A DNA stretch of 64,000 bases, taken from positions 68,579 to 132,578 of the forward strand of contig CAZYLF010000002.1 in assembly GCA_964648765.1 (NCBI GenBank), read 5' to 3'. Numbering within the stretch: the first letter of the stretch is position 1; every line of letters starts with the position of its first letter. The translations under genes were made by a program, and so were the position numbers. Positions 8,840-21,700 of the stretch are shown in pieces. This DNA is from an uncultured Candidatus Saccharibacteria bacterium. GTDB lineage: Bacteria > Patescibacteriota > Minisyncoccia > Phycocordibacterales > JACOZG01. The notes under the pieces were generated by a model. It was not told the DNA's origin. It worked only from the letters and a program-made list of their open reading frames with translations, and made no database searches.

Positions 8840-9889
8840 TTAACTGACAAAAGAGGACCATTCTACTTGAGAATCAACTAATCGTTGATTTGCCAAATAA
8901 AATATCGACATTCCCCCTTTTACCAGACTGTCATTTCTGGGGTTAAGATCGACCTGGGCATTTGCTGACCAGTTCTGGGCCAAGCCAGTCACAATTGCAT
9001 CGTAACCTGTCTTGAAGCCGATGAATATTTGCCAAAATTTCACCTCTGAAACCCCATCAGGAATATTCATACGATACATAGTGGCATCTTGATCTTGATC
9101 ACTGGTCAAAAGCTGAAACACCCGACTTGAACCAGGATCTTGCATTGTCTGAACGATCATAGCCGAGGTCATTGAGGTAACCAGATCCACACTTTGATTG
9201 ACTCGGCGGAGCAAATTACCACTTTCTGAAGATCGGAAATAGGCAACCACATGAGCTTCTGGTGATGCTACTTGACTCACTGCAATTCCAATCGCCAAAG
9301 TGTGATCGTCATCACTACCATAAATCAAGATGACCCTGGCTCGTGATGCACATGCCTGCTCTAACACCTTCGATGAAATTAGATCTCCCTTCACAAAATC
9401 CACATGATCAGTGGCAAAAGGATTCTCCGGAGCAGTGGCTGAACACAAAACAATTGCTAATTTGCTCGTCTTAGGATCAGCCTTCAACTCTTTCACAATT
9501 TCTTCTGTTTTTCCGGGACGATATCCCATCAAGACAATGTGATTATTGAGCTTCAATTGAACCATGCCTTTTCTCCTTCTTTGAGAAAATTGAATGATGC
9601 TTTCGGCCATTTTTGTTAAAATGGCAGCAAAAAACCCGATACCGAAAAAGATGTCTACGGCACCAACTAGCCGCCCACCCAAAGTCGCAGGCGTGAAGTC
9701 ACCATAACCAACTGTTGCTACGGTGACAAGAAAATACCACCAGTAAACATCCGGACGAGAAATTGGACTACTTGGTTCAAAGTAAAGCATTAGCGACCAG
9801 CTAATGCCGAATAAAACCACAAGTCCGATTACGAGCACAGCCCAACTAATACGACTCAATACAAAGAGTGTTCTTTCGATTAGCCTCAT
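8840..9889 (-). CDS. Two-TM potassium channel with a C-terminal RCK/TrkA-N domain (MthK-like)
   Basis: Selectivity filter TVATVGYGD. RCK Rossmann region IVLMGYRPGKTEEIVKELK. Confidence 0.85.
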   Translation of the reverse strand: MRLIERTLFVLSRISWAVLVIGLVVLFGISWSLMLYFEPSSPISRPDVYWWYFLVTVATVGYGDFTPATLGGRLVGAVDIFFGIGFFAAILTKMAESIIQFSQRRRKGMVQLKLNNHIVLMGYRPGKTEEIVKELKADPKTSKLAIVLCSATAPENPFATDHVDFVKGDLISSKVLEQACASRARVILIYGSDDDHTLAIGIAVSQVASPEAHVVAYFRSSESGNLLRRVNQSVDLVTSMTSAMIVQTMQDPGSSRVFQLLTSDQDQDATMYRMNIPDGVSEVKFWQIFIGFKTGYDAIVTGLAQNWSANAQVDLNPRNDSLVKGGMSIFYLANQRLVDSQVEWSSFVS

Positions 9890-10063
9890 TAGTCCCTCCT
9901 TTCTTTAAATTTAGAGAACATTCCATTTCCGACAATACACTATTATGATAAATTGTCAATGGCACTAAATTAGTTCCAAATTAGTATCCCATAAACTTGC
10001 GGTGAGATAGGGTTGTAGTAGAATAACGGGGTATTTAAGCTTATAAAATTAAACAAAAAACAT

Positions 10064-10594
10064 ATGGAAGAAATAAATCAAGTTCAGGAAGGAGGGTCAA
10101 AAAAGGGTTTATACATCGTAATTGCCATCGTGGTGATTCTTGGAATTTGGTATTTTATGAGTGGTTCATCAAGCAATAATGCTGAAAACACAGTTGAAAA
10201 CGCTCTGGAGGGCGCGGTGGGAGGCTCAACCACCTTCTCAAACGAGGAGGGCACCGTAAACATTGGTGTAAACAAACTCCCCGACAATTGGCCGTCAGAT
10301 GCCCCAATTTACAAAAATGCCACTATTCAATATTCAGGATCATCTAATCCACAAACTGGCGAAAAAGGTTCAATGGTTGTGTTTATGACCACAGATAATG
10401 CTCAAAACGTAGTTGATTTTTATAAAGCAGAGCTAGCAAAAAATGGCTGGACAGTGGAACAAACTGCCTCAATTGGAGGTATGACGGTGTTGGGAGCTAA
10501 AAAGGATACTCGTAGCCTTGGGGCCCAAATTGCTGATGCTGGCGAAGGGCAAGTGAGTGTTTCTATCGGTATCTCAAGTCCAGACTTACAATAG
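10064..10594 (+). CDS. Hypothetical secreted or membrane-anchored protein
   Basis: N-terminal TM/signal anchor LYIVIAIVVILGIWYFM followed by a Gly/Ser-rich soluble domain. Confidence 0.45.
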   Translation: MEEINQVQEGGSKKGLYIVIAIVVILGIWYFMSGSSSNNAENTVENALEGAVGGSTTFSNEEGTVNIGVNKLPDNWPSDAPIYKNATIQYSGSSNPQTGEKGSMVVFMTTDNAQNVVDFYKAELAKNGWTVEQTASIGGMTVLGAKKDTRSLGAQIADAGEGQVSVSIGISSPDLQ

Positions 10595-10597
10595 TAA

Positions 10598-10822
10598 ATG
10601 TACGTTAAGGTTAACGTCACCCCGGATTCTAAACACGACACACTCCGCAAAGTAGGAGCAAATATTTTAGTAACAGTTAAAGATAAAGCTATCCGTAATT
10701 TGGCGAACAACAGGGCCAAAGAGTTAGTGGCCGGTCATTACGGAATCACAGCTAAACAAATAAGAATTGTGTCTGGTCACCGTTCGCCTTCAAAAATCTT
10801 CAGCATTGAAACCGACAAATAA
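10598..10822 (+). CDS. DUF167 / YggU (UPF0235) family protein
   Basis: 74 aa; VKVNVTPDSKHD...LVTVKDKAIRNLANNRAKELVAGHYGI...IRIVSGHRSPSKIFSI matches the YggU pattern. Confidence 0.55.
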   Translation: MYVKVNVTPDSKHDTLRKVGANILVTVKDKAIRNLANNRAKELVAGHYGITAKQIRIVSGHRSPSKIFSIETDK

Positions 10823-11387
10823 AAAATTAGCCGTTAAACTTCTAAAAACTGGCAAAGTGGGAGTAATCCCTACCGACACGCTTTATGGCCTAGTGGGCTC
10901 AGCCATGAATCCAAAAGTGGTGGAGAGAATTTATAAAATAAAGGGTCGTCATTACAAAAAACCTTTTATTGTTTTAATTGGTTCTGAACTTGAACTATTA
11001 AAGTTTGGGATAATCCTCACCAATCAACTTGAAGAAACCGTACACAAACTTTGGCCTGGCCCTGTCACTATAGTACTCCCCTCACCTTTAGTTAACTTTA
11101 GGTATCTTGATCGTGGCAAAAAAACCATCGCCTTCCGCTTGCCAACTGACGAACGCTTACAGAAATTTTTATTAGCCACAGGGCCGCTCGTGGCCCCAAG
11201 CGCAAACCCGGCTGGCAAATTACCCGCCTCAAACTATAAAGAGGCGCATGAGTATTTTGGTGATCAGGTAGACTTTTATTTGAGAGGTCCGGAACTACTT
11301 GGAGCGCCCTCAACTATTGTGGCAATACGGGATGGACAAGTGAAAATTGTACGCCAAGGTGTAGGTGTGATAAAGTTAGCAGAATAA
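10767..11387 (+). CDS. tsaC: L-threonylcarbamoyladenylate synthase (YrdC/Sua5 family). Start is uncertain; an in-frame TTG at 10806 would reduce the overlap with the upstream gene
   Basis: LLKTGKVGVIPTDTLYGLVGSAMNPKVVERIYKIKGRHYKKPFIVLIGS, the YrdC signature. Confidence 0.8.
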   Translation: MCLVTVRLQKSSALKPTNKKLAVKLLKTGKVGVIPTDTLYGLVGSAMNPKVVERIYKIKGRHYKKPFIVLIGSELELLKFGIILTNQLEETVHKLWPGPVTIVLPSPLVNFRYLDRGKKTIAFRLPTDERLQKFLLATGPLVAPSANPAGKLPASNYKEAHEYFGDQVDFYLRGPELLGAPSTIVAIRDGQVKIVRQGVGVIKLAE

Positions 11388-11401
11388 TTTAAATATAAAA
11401 T

Positions 11402-12148
11402 ATGAACGAAAATAAAACTAATTGGAGTATGCCAATCGCTATTGTATTGGCAGGAGCATTAATTGCTGGAGCACTTTATTTGAGAGGCGGAAGCGCCCCA
11501 GCAGGTGGACAAGCCGTGGCCACAAATAACTTAAAGAAAATTGAAAAGCTGAGCTCCTCAGACCACGTGCGCGGTACGTTAAAAGCTCCACTTAAAATTG
11601 TGGAGTACTCCGATTTAGAATGTCCATTTTGCAAAGCTTTTCATAAAGCAATGGAGAATGTTTTCATCAAACATAACAGCGCAAAGGTTGATAGCCTAGC
11701 TTGGGTTTATCGCCACTTCCCTCTTGATAGCATCCACCCCAAAGCCCGCAAAGAAGCTGAGGCAATAGAATGTGCAAACGAACTTGCTGGGCCAGAAGGT
11801 TTTTGGAATTTTACAGACAAGATTTTTGCTATCACTCCCTCAAACGATGGTCTTGATCCAGCTCAGTTGCCTGTTATTGCAGGGCAAATTGGTCTTGATA
11901 CCACTAGATTTAATGAATGTTTAGAGAGTGGCAGAATGGCAGATAAAATTGAAGCTGATTATCAAAATGGTTTAGAGATTGGCGTAGATGGCACACCCAC
12001 AGTGATCGTGGTGATGGAAGACGGCAAAATGTTTATGCCATTTAAAGAAGCGGTACCAAAAGACGCCAGCGAAGAAGTGAAAGCTCTCACCGCCGACGTC
12101 TTCTCTATCTATCAAGCCGAGATTGAAAAACTCCGCTCGGGGAACTAA
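11402..12148 (+). CDS. DsbA-family thiol:disulfide oxidoreductase, membrane-anchored
   Basis: N-terminal TM. Thioredoxin active site LECPFCKAF. Confidence 0.75.
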   Translation: MNENKTNWSMPIAIVLAGALIAGALYLRGGSAPAGGQAVATNNLKKIEKLSSSDHVRGTLKAPLKIVEYSDLECPFCKAFHKAMENVFIKHNSAKVDSLAWVYRHFPLDSIHPKARKEAEAIECANELAGPEGFWNFTDKIFAITPSNDGLDPAQLPVIAGQIGLDTTRFNECLESGRMADKIEADYQNGLEIGVDGTPTVIVVMEDGKMFMPFKEAVPKDASEEVKALTADVFSIYQAEIEKLRSGN

Positions 12149-12149
12149 A

Positions 12150-13355
12150 CTAGTACCCCATTAGTTTTTTAACTTTGTCGTTTTGGCGGATTTTTTCGTG
12201 AGCTTTGGCCTCAATTTGGCGAATACGTTCGCGAGTCACACCAAACTCTTTACCCACCTCTTCAAGCGTGCGCATCACACCATCGGTTAAACCGTGACGC
12301 ATTTCTAAAATCCGGCGCTCTTTAGGTGAGAGGTCAGAAAGAATCTCCTGAATTTGATCGTGCAAAATCCGGCGTGAGGATTCCTCACTCGGTGAAGCAA
12401 TTTTATTATCCGCAATAAATTCTCCTAAAGTTGATTTTTCTTCTTCAGAATTTGTCGGCTTATCTAGCGAGGCGGTGCTTTGATCAATCTTTTCAATCAC
12501 GTGCACCTTCTCTACCTCCACGCCCATCTCAGTGGCAATCTCAGTTGGCAATGGCTCTCGGCCAAGATCTTGGATCAAGCGACGTACTACTTGTTTATAT
12601 TTAGCAATTGTTTCCACCATGTGCACGGGGATACGGATAGTACGTGATTGATCAGCGAGCGCGCGAGTTACCGCCTGACGGATCCACCAAGTAGCATAGG
12701 TTGAGAATTTATAACCACGAGTGTAATCAAATTTATCTACAGCTTTAAAGAGCCCAAGATTCCCCTCTTGAATCAAGTCTAGCAAGGTGAGGTTAGAACT
12801 TCGGCCCATATATTTTTTGGCAATAGAAACTACTAAACGTAAGTTAGCATTGGCGAGAGCCTTTTTAGCCTCCTCATCTCCAGTTAAGATTTTTTTAGCT
12901 AAATCAATTTCTTCTGACGCATGAATGAGCCGATGTTTACCGATTTCTTTAAGATACATCTGCACTGAGTCCATACCACTTCCGGCATAACGCGTGACCT
13001 TTGTTTTACCAGCCACCACCACATCATCCGCTTCATCAAGCAATCCAGTATCTTCTAAAATATCAATACTAATTTTATCAAATCGGTCATAGAGTTCGTC
13101 TAAAAAGAGAATATCATTCTCGATAAGTGGGAATTCTTTAAGAATTTCCGCATAGGTCACAAAACCACGCTGCCGGCCTTTAGCCAGAAGATGGGATAAC
13201 TTTTTTTCGATAGCAGGCTTATTTTTTACTGGTTTAACCTTAACAACTTTTTGCGCTTTTTTTACAACCTTTTTGGGTTTTTTGACTTTTGGCTTTTTAG
13301 GTGTTGATTTCTTTATTACCTTGACCTTTTTGGCTGTTTTCTTTTTTTTATTCAT
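12150..13355 (-). CDS. rpoD: RNA polymerase sigma-70 factor RpoD with a Lys-rich N-terminal tail
   Basis: Region 2: [41 protein letters not shown]. Region 4: [30 protein letters not shown]. Start overlaps the dnaG stop (TAATG). Confidence 0.95.
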   Translation of the reverse strand: MNKKKKTAKKVKVIKKSTPKKPKVKKPKKVVKKAQKVVKVKPVKNKPAIEKKLSHLLAKGRQRGFVTYAEILKEFPLIENDILFLDELYDRFDKISIDILEDTGLLDEADDVVVAGKTKVTRYAGSGMDSVQMYLKEIGKHRLIHASEEIDLAKKILTGDEEAKKALANANLRLVVSIAKKYMGRSSNLTLLDLIQEGNLGLFKAVDKFDYTRGYKFSTYATWWIRQAVTRALADQSRTIRIPVHMVETIAKYKQVVRRLIQDLGREPLPTEIATEMGVEVEKVHVIEKIDQSTASLDKPTNSEEEKSTLGEFIADNKIASPSEESSRRILHDQIQEILSDLSPKERRILEMRHGLTDGVMRTLEEVGKEFGVTRERIRQIEAKAHEKIRQNDKVKKLMGY

Positions 13356-15082
13356 TATCTGAGATTATTGATTTCGCGTGAGATATCTTGGCATTTTTTT
13401 AACCATTTGTCTATTGATGGATTATCGCCAGATGACTCCGCGGCTTTTAATTGCCGAAGACTTTCGGTTAATTCTTCTTTCAAACTTTCGATGTCTAATT
13501 GATGTAAAAGATCCTTGAACTCTGCTTCCAAGCGATCACTACCGCCATAGGAAATCTCGGATTCAAGAATCAACTTTTCTTTAAGTGTCGTCCAGTTAAC
13601 TGGAAGCGAAGCACCAAAAAAAGGATGATTTTTAAAACGTTCTCTGGTTTCGGCCAAAGGCAGAGTGCTTAATTTAAGCAACTCCTGCCAAAAAATTAAA
13701 CCGATGACCTTCTCTTCTAAACGCTCCCGTCTCGTATGCTTGCGTGGCTCATCCGGCGCGGGCGCAGCTCGTGCCGGTGACACTTCACGAAGTTGATTGG
13801 GGAGCTTAACTTTAAGTTCGGCCACATCTTGGGCTACCACGTTTTCTGGTAGGCCTAGGTTATCTGCTACCTTACTTACAAAAATTGATTCATCAATTTT
13901 TGAACTCATCACCGCCAAAAATGGGTAGAGTTCTTTTTGAAATAAATGCGCACGCTTTCTTCTGTCTGGCTCAATCTTGGTGTATGAGTTTAAGTAAAAG
14001 TCTATTACTTGTCTTGACTCCTTTACTGCTCGTAGCCACTCATTAGCATCTTTATGCGCAAGGTCAGCCGGGTCCACCCCTGGTGGCAATTCAGCAACTT
14101 TAACCTCAAAGCCTTCAGCCAAAGCCATCATCACCACTCGCCGGCCCGCATTTAATCCGGCAGAATCTGGATCAAACGCCGCTACAATATTATTAGTAAG
14201 ACGTTTAATTAGGTTTAGATGCTCACGAGAGAACGCCGTACCCGATACTGCCACTGCTTGCTTTAGTCCTACCTGGTGAGACATTACAAGGTCAAATTGC
14301 CCTTCCACAAGCACCACATAATCCGCCCGCTTGATGGCCATCCGCGCCTTATCATAACCAAAGAGCAAACGAGATTTGCCATAAAGCAAGGTTTCAGGAG
14401 AGTTTACATATTTAGCGGTATCACTTTTTGCGTCTCCAAAGATTCTACCCGAAAATCCCACTGGTCGGCCCGAAGAGTCGTTGATAGGGAACATGATTCG
14501 CGAGCGGAAACGGTCATAATATTTTAAGCGACTCACCTCCTTAGTGCTCTTAATCGTAAGGCCAGCTTTTTCAGCAAGCTCCAGCGCATAACCTTTTTTT
14601 ACTAAATAATCACAAAGATCTTGCCAGTCTGCCGGAGCAAAGCCGATTTGGAATTCCTTAATCGTCTCTTCTTTTACTCCTCTGCTTGTTAGATAATTTT
14701 TAGCGTCAAGATTTTCAGAAAGTTTTTGTGAGTAAAATCTTACCGCCTCGGCCACCACCTCGTAAAGTTTTTCTTTTTCACTTGCGTCGGATCCCTGAAA
14801 CGGCTCAAGCTCTACTCCCGCACGTTCGGCCAAAACTTTTAATGCCCCCATAAAATCCAGACCCTCAATTTCTTCGACAAAAGTTAAAATGTCACCACCC
14901 TTACTACAACCAAAACAGTGGAAGGTGTCTCGACTTGGGGAAACAAAAAAGGATGGGGATTTTTCGTTATGGAAGGGGCAGCAAGCACGGAAGTTTGCAC
15001 CAGCTTTTTCAAGCTTAATATAAGAGCTAACGACTTCTACTATATTAAGTCGGGATTTTATTTTCTCGACTGATGATGACAT
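13355..15082 (-). CDS. dnaG: DNA primase DnaG
   Basis: CHC2 zinc finger [36 protein letters not shown] motif [11 protein letters not shown]. Confidence 0.95.
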   Translation of the reverse strand: MSSSVEKIKSRLNIVEVVSSYIKLEKAGANFRACCPFHNEKSPSFFVSPSRDTFHCFGCSKGGDILTFVEEIEGLDFMGALKVLAERAGVELEPFQGSDASEKEKLYEVVAEAVRFYSQKLSENLDAKNYLTSRGVKEETIKEFQIGFAPADWQDLCDYLVKKGYALELAEKAGLTIKSTKEVSRLKYYDRFRSRIMFPINDSSGRPVGFSGRIFGDAKSDTAKYVNSPETLLYGKSRLLFGYDKARMAIKRADYVVLVEGQFDLVMSHQVGLKQAVAVSGTAFSREHLNLIKRLTNNIVAAFDPDSAGLNAGRRVVMMALAEGFEVKVAELPPGVDPADLAHKDANEWLRAVKESRQVIDFYLNSYTKIEPDRRKRAHLFQKELYPFLAVMSSKIDESIFVSKVADNLGLPENVVAQDVAELKVKLPNQLREVSPARAAPAPDEPRKHTRRERLEEKVIGLIFWQELLKLSTLPLAETRERFKNHPFFGASLPVNWTTLKEKLILESEISYGGSDRLEAEFKDLLHQLDIESLKEELTESLRQLKAAESSGDNPSIDKWLKKCQDISREINNLR

Positions 15083-15086
15083 TGAT

Positions 15087-18000
15087 TTATGCCTGCTCTT
15101 TTACCTCTTTGTCCTCATATTCGTGACGTTTGAGGCCGGTCCCGGCAGGGATCAAACGGCCAATAATCACGTTCTCCTTTAACCCGCGGAGGCGATCTAA
15201 ACCGCCACGCACCGCAGTTTTAATAAGGGTACGAGTTGATTGTTGGAAGGACACTGAGGCTAAGAAGCTACCAGAATTTAATGCCACTTCAGAAATACCG
15301 AGGATTGTATCTTCAACCAAAGCACCGGCACCACCCAACTTTTTGGCTTCAGCATTTGACTCAGCTAAGTCCACGGCTTCTACCACTTCACCAATTTCAA
15401 AGTTGGTGTCACCAGGATTTTTAACTCGCTTACGAGAGAACATTTGTTTGATGATGATCTCTAAGTGCTTACGAGAGATCGAAGCGCCTTGCAGTTCATA
15501 AATTTTATTAATCTCGCTGATCACATATTCTTCTGCGGCACTGCGTCCAGCCAAATTAAAGAGTTCTGCCAAACTAAGTGGTCCATCAGTAAGCACTTGC
15601 CCTTTCTTAATATTCTCACCCTTTTTCACCAAGCAAGTTCGAGTAGGTACCGTTGTAAATTCCACCGTTCCGCCAGTTTTGGATCCAGCTAGTTCATCAG
15701 CTAAAACTTCAATCATCATTTCCTTTTCACCAACTTTTATTTCAGTCACTGTGCCATCACAAGTAGAGATCACACCATTATTTTTAGGAATCCGACGTTC
15801 AAAGATTTCTTCAACTCGTGGCAAACCTCCTACGATGTCTCCACCAGTGTCCACACCTCCAGAGTGCTTAGTTCTCATTGTTAGCTGAGTACCAGGCTCA
15901 CCAATAGCTTGAGCAGCCACAATACCCACCGCCTCACCAATCTCTACGAGTGGGCCACGTCCGAGGTCTGCACCATAACACGCTTGGCAAATACCCGGTG
16001 AAGACTCACAAGTAAGCACCGTGCGTACTGCGACTTCTTCAATCCCTAAAGTATCAATCATCGCCGCTTCATCACGAGTTAAGAGATGGCCTTTTTTGAA
16101 GATTACTTTATTTTGTTTGTCTTTCAAATCTTTTGAAAGCACGCGACCGCGGATAATATTAGCAATGCCAGTTTCAAGTTGTGAGACGTTGGCGCGAGTG
16201 AGCACCTTGCCCTCTTTGTTTCCGCAATCAGCCTCACGCACCACCACTTCCTGCGCCACGTTTACCAAACGCTGCGTTAAGTAACCAGCTTTAGCGGTGT
16301 TAAGAGCGGTGTCAGTAAGAGTTTTACGCGAACCGTGAGTGGTGATGAAGTATTCAATCGGTGAAAGTCCCTCTTTGTACGATGGGATAATTGGGAAGTC
16401 GATCAAACGGCCAGCTGGGTTAATAATTAAACCTTTCATTCCGGCCATCTGCGACACCTGACTAATAGATCCTCGAGCACCAGAGGTAAGCATGTAACTC
16501 ACCGAACCATTGGCTTGCAAAGTTCCTGGCAACATCTTTTCAATTTTAGCTTTGGCTCCAATCCAAATTTTGGTACTCATTTTATAACGCTCATCTTTTG
16601 AAAGTAAGCCGTCATTATATTTTTCTTCAAGGTCTCTTGATTCAGCTTTAGCGTCGTCCACAATTTTATTCTTCTCTTCAGGCACCATCACATCATCAAT
16701 ACCCCAAGTTACGCCTGAGCGAGTAGCAAATCGGAAACCGAAGCTCTTCATCTTGTCCAAAATGTTAGGCAGGTCAGCGATACCGTATCTAGAGATAAGG
16801 TCATCAAGAATTCTGTTTACCTCCTTACCATTTACCTCTTTATTAATAAAATTAAAACCTTCAGGCAAAGTCTCGTTGAAAAGGAGACGACCCACCGATG
16901 TTTCAATATAATTTTCAGACTCGTGAGCTTTATACTTTTCCACGCCATGGGGCACAGCCAACTTAATCTTGGCTCGGAGATCTACGATCTTGTAAGCTTC
17001 AGCGGCAATAGCTTCAAGTGGGCTTGCAAACACTTTACCCTCGCCCGTTGCTCCAGGGATGATGGAAGTAACCCAAAAACATCCAAGTACAATATCAAGA
17101 CGGAGTGACACAATTGGATTGCCGTTTCCTGGCTTCAAAATATTTCTGTGAGCAGCAATAATCCGATCTGCCTCCTTTTGCGCAGGTTCAGATAATGGCA
17201 CGTGCACGGCCATTTGGTCACCATCGAAGTCAGCGTTAAAGGCCGCACAAACTAGTGGATGCACTTGGATAGCGCTACCCTCAATTAAGATTGGACGGAA
17301 TGCTTGAATACCCAAACGGTGAAGAGTTGGAGCACGGTTTAAGAGTACATATTTATCTTTAATAACATCTTCCAAAATTTCCCAAACCTCTGGAATCTTT
17401 TCATCAATTAAACGGCCAGCACCACGCACGTTGAAGGCCAGCTCATCACGAAGAATTCGAGAAATAATAAATGGTCGGAAAAGTTCCAAAGCCATATGCT
17501 TTGGCAAACCACATTCAGAAATTTTTAAGTGCGGACCAACCACAATTACAGAGCGACCAGAATAGTCCACGCGCTTACCAAGCAAGTTTTGGCGGAAGCG
17601 ACCTTGTTTACCCTTTAAGCTATCTGAGAGAGATTTAAGTGGACGACGTTGAGCTTGGCTCATGGCGCCAGCGCTTGAAGAACGACGAATTGAGTTGTCG
17701 ATAAGTGCATCAACCGCTTCTTGCAAAATACGCTTTTCGTTACGCAAAATTACTTCAGGAGCTGAGAGCTCTTTGAGCTTACGTAAACGATTGTTGCGGT
17801 TAATTACTCGACGATAAAGATCGTTCACATCGCTTGTGGCATGGCGACCACCCTCAAGCGCCACCATTGGGCGAAGATCTGGAGGGATAACAGGCACCAC
17901 AGTCATAAACATCCACTCTGGGCGCACACCAGCGCGCTTCATGGATTTAATTAAATTAAAACGCTTTTGAACTTTGATTTTTTCAAGCCCAGTTACTTTA

Positions 18001-18722
18001 TCTAAAGTCCCACCAATTTCTTCAAGCATTTTATCGAGATCTGCTTTAACACAGAAATCATAAATTGCCTCAGCGCCAATTTCTGCATCAAAAACCATTC
18101 CGTACTTAAGCGAGAGTTTATGGTAAGTTACCTCATCAAGCACTTTGCCTGGAGCCAAAGCAAGCAAACTCTTTTTAGCATTTAAAAACGCTTCTTTAAG
18201 ATGATCCTGACTGCGTTCATCCTTCAAACTTTTGATTCGAGTTTTGTATTCGCTGTCTAAATCTTTGAGCATCTTGGCGCGATCATCCTCGTGCACTTTG
18301 GTAACAATGTAACCAGCAAAATAAATTACCTTTTCCAAATCTGCTACCGAAAGGCCCAAGAAAAGTCCAATACGAGATGGAATACCGCGTAAAAACCAAA
18401 TGTGCGCTACTGGGCTCGCGAGTTCAATGTGGCCCATGCGCTCACGACGCACAATTGAGCGAGTTACCTCCACTCCACAGCGTTCACAAATAATATCTTT
18501 ATAACGAATTCGGCGATACTTACCACAATAACATTCGTAATCCTTTTCAGGACCGAAAATTCGCTCGTCGAAAAGACCGCCACGTTCGCTACGGCCTGTG
18601 CGGTAGTTAATGGTTTCAGCGCGCATGATCTCGCCGTAAGACCACTCCTTAATTCGCTCGGGTGAAGCCAATTTGAGCGAGATAGCATTGAAGTCTACTT
18701 TTTCTGCTGGTTTTTTGTTCAT
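15087..18722 (-). CDS. rpoC: DNA-directed RNA polymerase subunit beta'
   Basis: [16 protein letters not shown] catalytic motif. Zn-binding [23 protein letters not shown]. 1211 aa. Confidence 0.97.
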   Translation of the reverse strand: MNKKPAEKVDFNAISLKLASPERIKEWSYGEIMRAETINYRTGRSERGGLFDERIFGPEKDYECYCGKYRRIRYKDIICERCGVEVTRSIVRRERMGHIELASPVAHIWFLRGIPSRIGLFLGLSVADLEKVIYFAGYIVTKVHEDDRAKMLKDLDSEYKTRIKSLKDERSQDHLKEAFLNAKKSLLALAPGKVLDEVTYHKLSLKYGMVFDAEIGAEAIYDFCVKADLDKMLEEIGGTLDKVTGLEKIKVQKRFNLIKSMKRAGVRPEWMFMTVVPVIPPDLRPMVALEGGRHATSDVNDLYRRVINRNNRLRKLKELSAPEVILRNEKRILQEAVDALIDNSIRRSSSAGAMSQAQRRPLKSLSDSLKGKQGRFRQNLLGKRVDYSGRSVIVVGPHLKISECGLPKHMALELFRPFIISRILRDELAFNVRGAGRLIDEKIPEVWEILEDVIKDKYVLLNRAPTLHRLGIQAFRPILIEGSAIQVHPLVCAAFNADFDGDQMAVHVPLSEPAQKEADRIIAAHRNILKPGNGNPIVSLRLDIVLGCFWVTSIIPGATGEGKVFASPLEAIAAEAYKIVDLRAKIKLAVPHGVEKYKAHESENYIETSVGRLLFNETLPEGFNFINKEVNGKEVNRILDDLISRYGIADLPNILDKMKSFGFRFATRSGVTWGIDDVMVPEEKNKIVDDAKAESRDLEEKYNDGLLSKDERYKMSTKIWIGAKAKIEKMLPGTLQANGSVSYMLTSGARGSISQVSQMAGMKGLIINPAGRLIDFPIIPSYKEGLSPIEYFITTHGSRKTLTDTALNTAKAGYLTQRLVNVAQEVVVREADCGNKEGKVLTRANVSQLETGIANIIRGRVLSKDLKDKQNKVIFKKGHLLTRDEAAMIDTLGIEEVAVRTVLTCESSPGICQACYGADLGRGPLVEIGEAVGIVAAQAIGEPGTQLTMRTKHSGGVDTGGDIVGGLPRVEEIFERRIPKNNGVISTCDGTVTEIKVGEKEMMIEVLADELAGSKTGGTVEFTTVPTRTCLVKKGENIKKGQVLTDGPLSLAELFNLAGRSAAEEYVISEINKIYELQGASISRKHLEIIIKQMFSRKRVKNPGDTNFEIGEVVEAVDLAESNAEAKKLGGAGALVEDTILGISEVALNSGSFLASVSFQQSTRTLIKTAVRGGLDRLRGLKENVIIGRLIPAGTGLKRHEYEDKEVKEQA

Positions 18723-18740
18723 GATGTGAGTTTTTATTAA

Positions 18741-21700
18741 TTAAACTTTTTTAAGCTCAACATCGAGCGCCAAGCCGCGGAGCTCATTTAACATTACATT
18801 AAATGAAGCCGGTAGATTTGGCGGTCTGATTGGTTCACCTTTAATAATCGAGTCGAAAGCTTGTGAGCGTCCTACAATGTCGTCTGATTTAATCGTGAGC
18901 ATTTCTTGCAAGGTATAAGCGGCCCCGTAACCCTCAAGCGCCCACACTTCCATTTCTCCAAAGCGCTGACCTCCGCGTTGGGCCTTACCACCAAGAGGTT
19001 GCTGGGTAATGAGCGAGTACGGACCAATTGAACGCATGTGGATTTTATCTTCCACCATGTGGTCAAGCTTAAGCATATACATATATCCAATGGCGATATC
19101 TTGCTCAAAAGATTCTCCAGTGAGACCATCAAAGAGTTGGACCTTACCAGTTTCTGGCACGCCGGCCTTCTTTAATTCCTGCTTAATTTCTTGATCGGTC
19201 ACACCCATAAATGGCGGAGTAATAGCCTGATAACCGAGCTCATGAGCGGCCATACCTAAATGCATTTCAAAAATCTGACCTAAGTTCATACGACTTGGCA
19301 CGCCAAGCGGAGTAAGAATGATATCGATTGGGCGACCATCGGCGGTGTAAGGCATATCTTCTTCTGGCAAAATTCTGGAGATTACACCTTTGTTACCGTG
19401 GCGTCCGCAAAGTTTGTCTCCTACTGAAACGTTACGCACTTCAGCCACTTCCACATGAATTGACTTGGTGATTCCGGATTCTAGTTTGTTGCCAGCATCG
19501 CGAGAGAAAACTTTAACTCCAACCACTTTACCCTTTTTACCATTTGGCATTCGCTTTGAAGTATCTTTAACGTCACGAGCTTTTTCTCCAAAGATTGATC
19601 GGAGTAAACGCTCTTCAGGAGTTAATTCTGTTTCACCTTTTGGTGTAATTTTACCAACCAAAATATCGTTAGGCGAAACTTCAGCCCCGATTTGCACAAT
19701 ACCCTCTTCATCTAAGTTACGGAGTTTGGCCTCACCTACGTTTGGAATATCGTGTGTGGTTACCTCTGGTCCGAGTTTAGTATCACGAACATTAGTTTTG
19801 AATTCTTCAATATAAACACTTGAGAAAATATTATTTTTTACGAGACGCTCAGAAATAATAATCGCGTCCTCGTAGTTAGCACCGCGCCAAGACATGAAGG
19901 CCACAAGCACGTTTTGTCCAATCGCCATTTGGCCCTCTTTAGTTGAGGAAGTGTCGGCGAGCACTTGACCCTTTTTCACCTTATCACCCACGAGCACAAT
20001 TGGCCGATGATGGAAAACTCCATTCTCGTTGGTCTTCATATAGTTGAGCAAACGATACTCGTCCATCTCATCTTTATCGTTCTTTACCACCACATGACGG
20101 CCATCTACCGCCGTTACAGTGCCGGCAGTTTTAGCCACCACCAAACGTCCAGAGTCGCGGGCCACCTTCTCTTCCATACCGGTAGCCACAAGAGGAAATT
20201 GAGGTTGCAAGCATGGCACGGCTTGTTTTTGCATGTTCGATCCCATCAACGCGCGGTTAGCATCATCGTGTTCCAAAAATGGAATAAGTGACGTGCCGAT
20301 TGAGTAAGCTTGGTAAGGCGCTACATCAATATAGGTAACATCATTTGCTTCAGCGAGTCCTGGCTTACCAGAAAAACGTACCTCAATTTTACCTTCTGGT
20401 AATTTTAGTTTTTCATCATACTTCACGCCACCGTGAGCGATGTTGTGTTGTTCTTCTTCTAACGCATTTAAATACACAACCTCATCAGTGATCTGACGAT
20501 TTTTAACTTTTCGGTAAGGAGTCTCGATTACTCCAAACTCATTTACGCGAGCATAATTTGATAAGTGCAAAATTAAACCAATGTTTGGACCTTCAGGAGT
20601 GTGGATAGGACAAACCCGACCATAATGTGATGGGTGCACGTCACGCACTTCAAGACCTGAACGCTTACGTGTAAGACCGCCCGGTCCGAGAGCTGAAAGT
20701 GTGCGCAAATGTTCCACCTCGCCCAGAATGTTTTTCTGGTTCATGAACTGTGAGAGTTGGTTGGTGGTGAAGAATTCTTTAAGCCGAGCCTGAAGTGGTC
20801 GTGGGCTGATCACTTGGATTGGCAAAGTGGTGCTGGTATCCACGGTCGACATCCGATCTTGGATGTTGCGACGCATTTGGATCATACCCACGCGGAGTTT
20901 TTGTTGGAGCATTTCTCCCACGCAACGCACGCGGCGTAAACCTAAGTGGTCAATATCATCACCCACCGCATCTTTGGTGTTGTTGAGTGTAATAATATGA
21001 CTAGTAATTTTAACAAGGTCATCAAAAGTTAGTGTGCGACCCTCGCTTACTTGATCCTCAAGAGCAATTAAATCAGAGGTTTTGGTAAAACGTTTATCCA
21101 AACCCAAACGACCCACCACAGAAAGGTCATAGCGCTCACGGCTAAAGAGATTAGTGATAAATTCACGAGCTGAAGCCACAGTTTCAAGATCGCTGTCGCG
21201 GAGACGTTTATAAATTTCCAAATAACAGTCGTCTACAGACTCCACATGGTCTTTGGCGAGAGAATTTTTAATATAATTTACCTCACTTGGCACGCCTTCA
21301 AATAGTTTAGCGATGTCTTCATTGGTGATCTTTTTGCCTTCAATGTCAGCAAAAACTTTTAAAAGAAAACTGACAGGGAACTTGCGCTTGCGGTCGATAC
21401 GTACATATACAATGTCGTCACCCTCAGTCTCAATCTCAATCCAAGCACCGCCTGAAGGGATAATTTTAGCGCCGAAGTATCTGCGTCCGCGGAGTTCCGC
21501 TTCAGTGAAAAATACGCCATAACTACGAGCGAGCTGTGGTACCACCACGCGCTCGTTACCATTAATAATGAAGGTGCCGTGGCCCGTCATCACCGGAAAA
21601 TCAGCAAGAAAAACTTCTTGCTCCTTTTCAACATTTAAAATTTTATTTTTGAGCAACACTTTAACCCGAAGTGGTGTCTCATACGAAAGCTGATTAACGA

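Noticed and set aside
15130-21562. Numerous 60-120-aa ORFs inside rpoC and rpoB on both strands
   Set aside because: They sit in alternative frames of two very long, strongly supported genes. No signals indicate nested genes.
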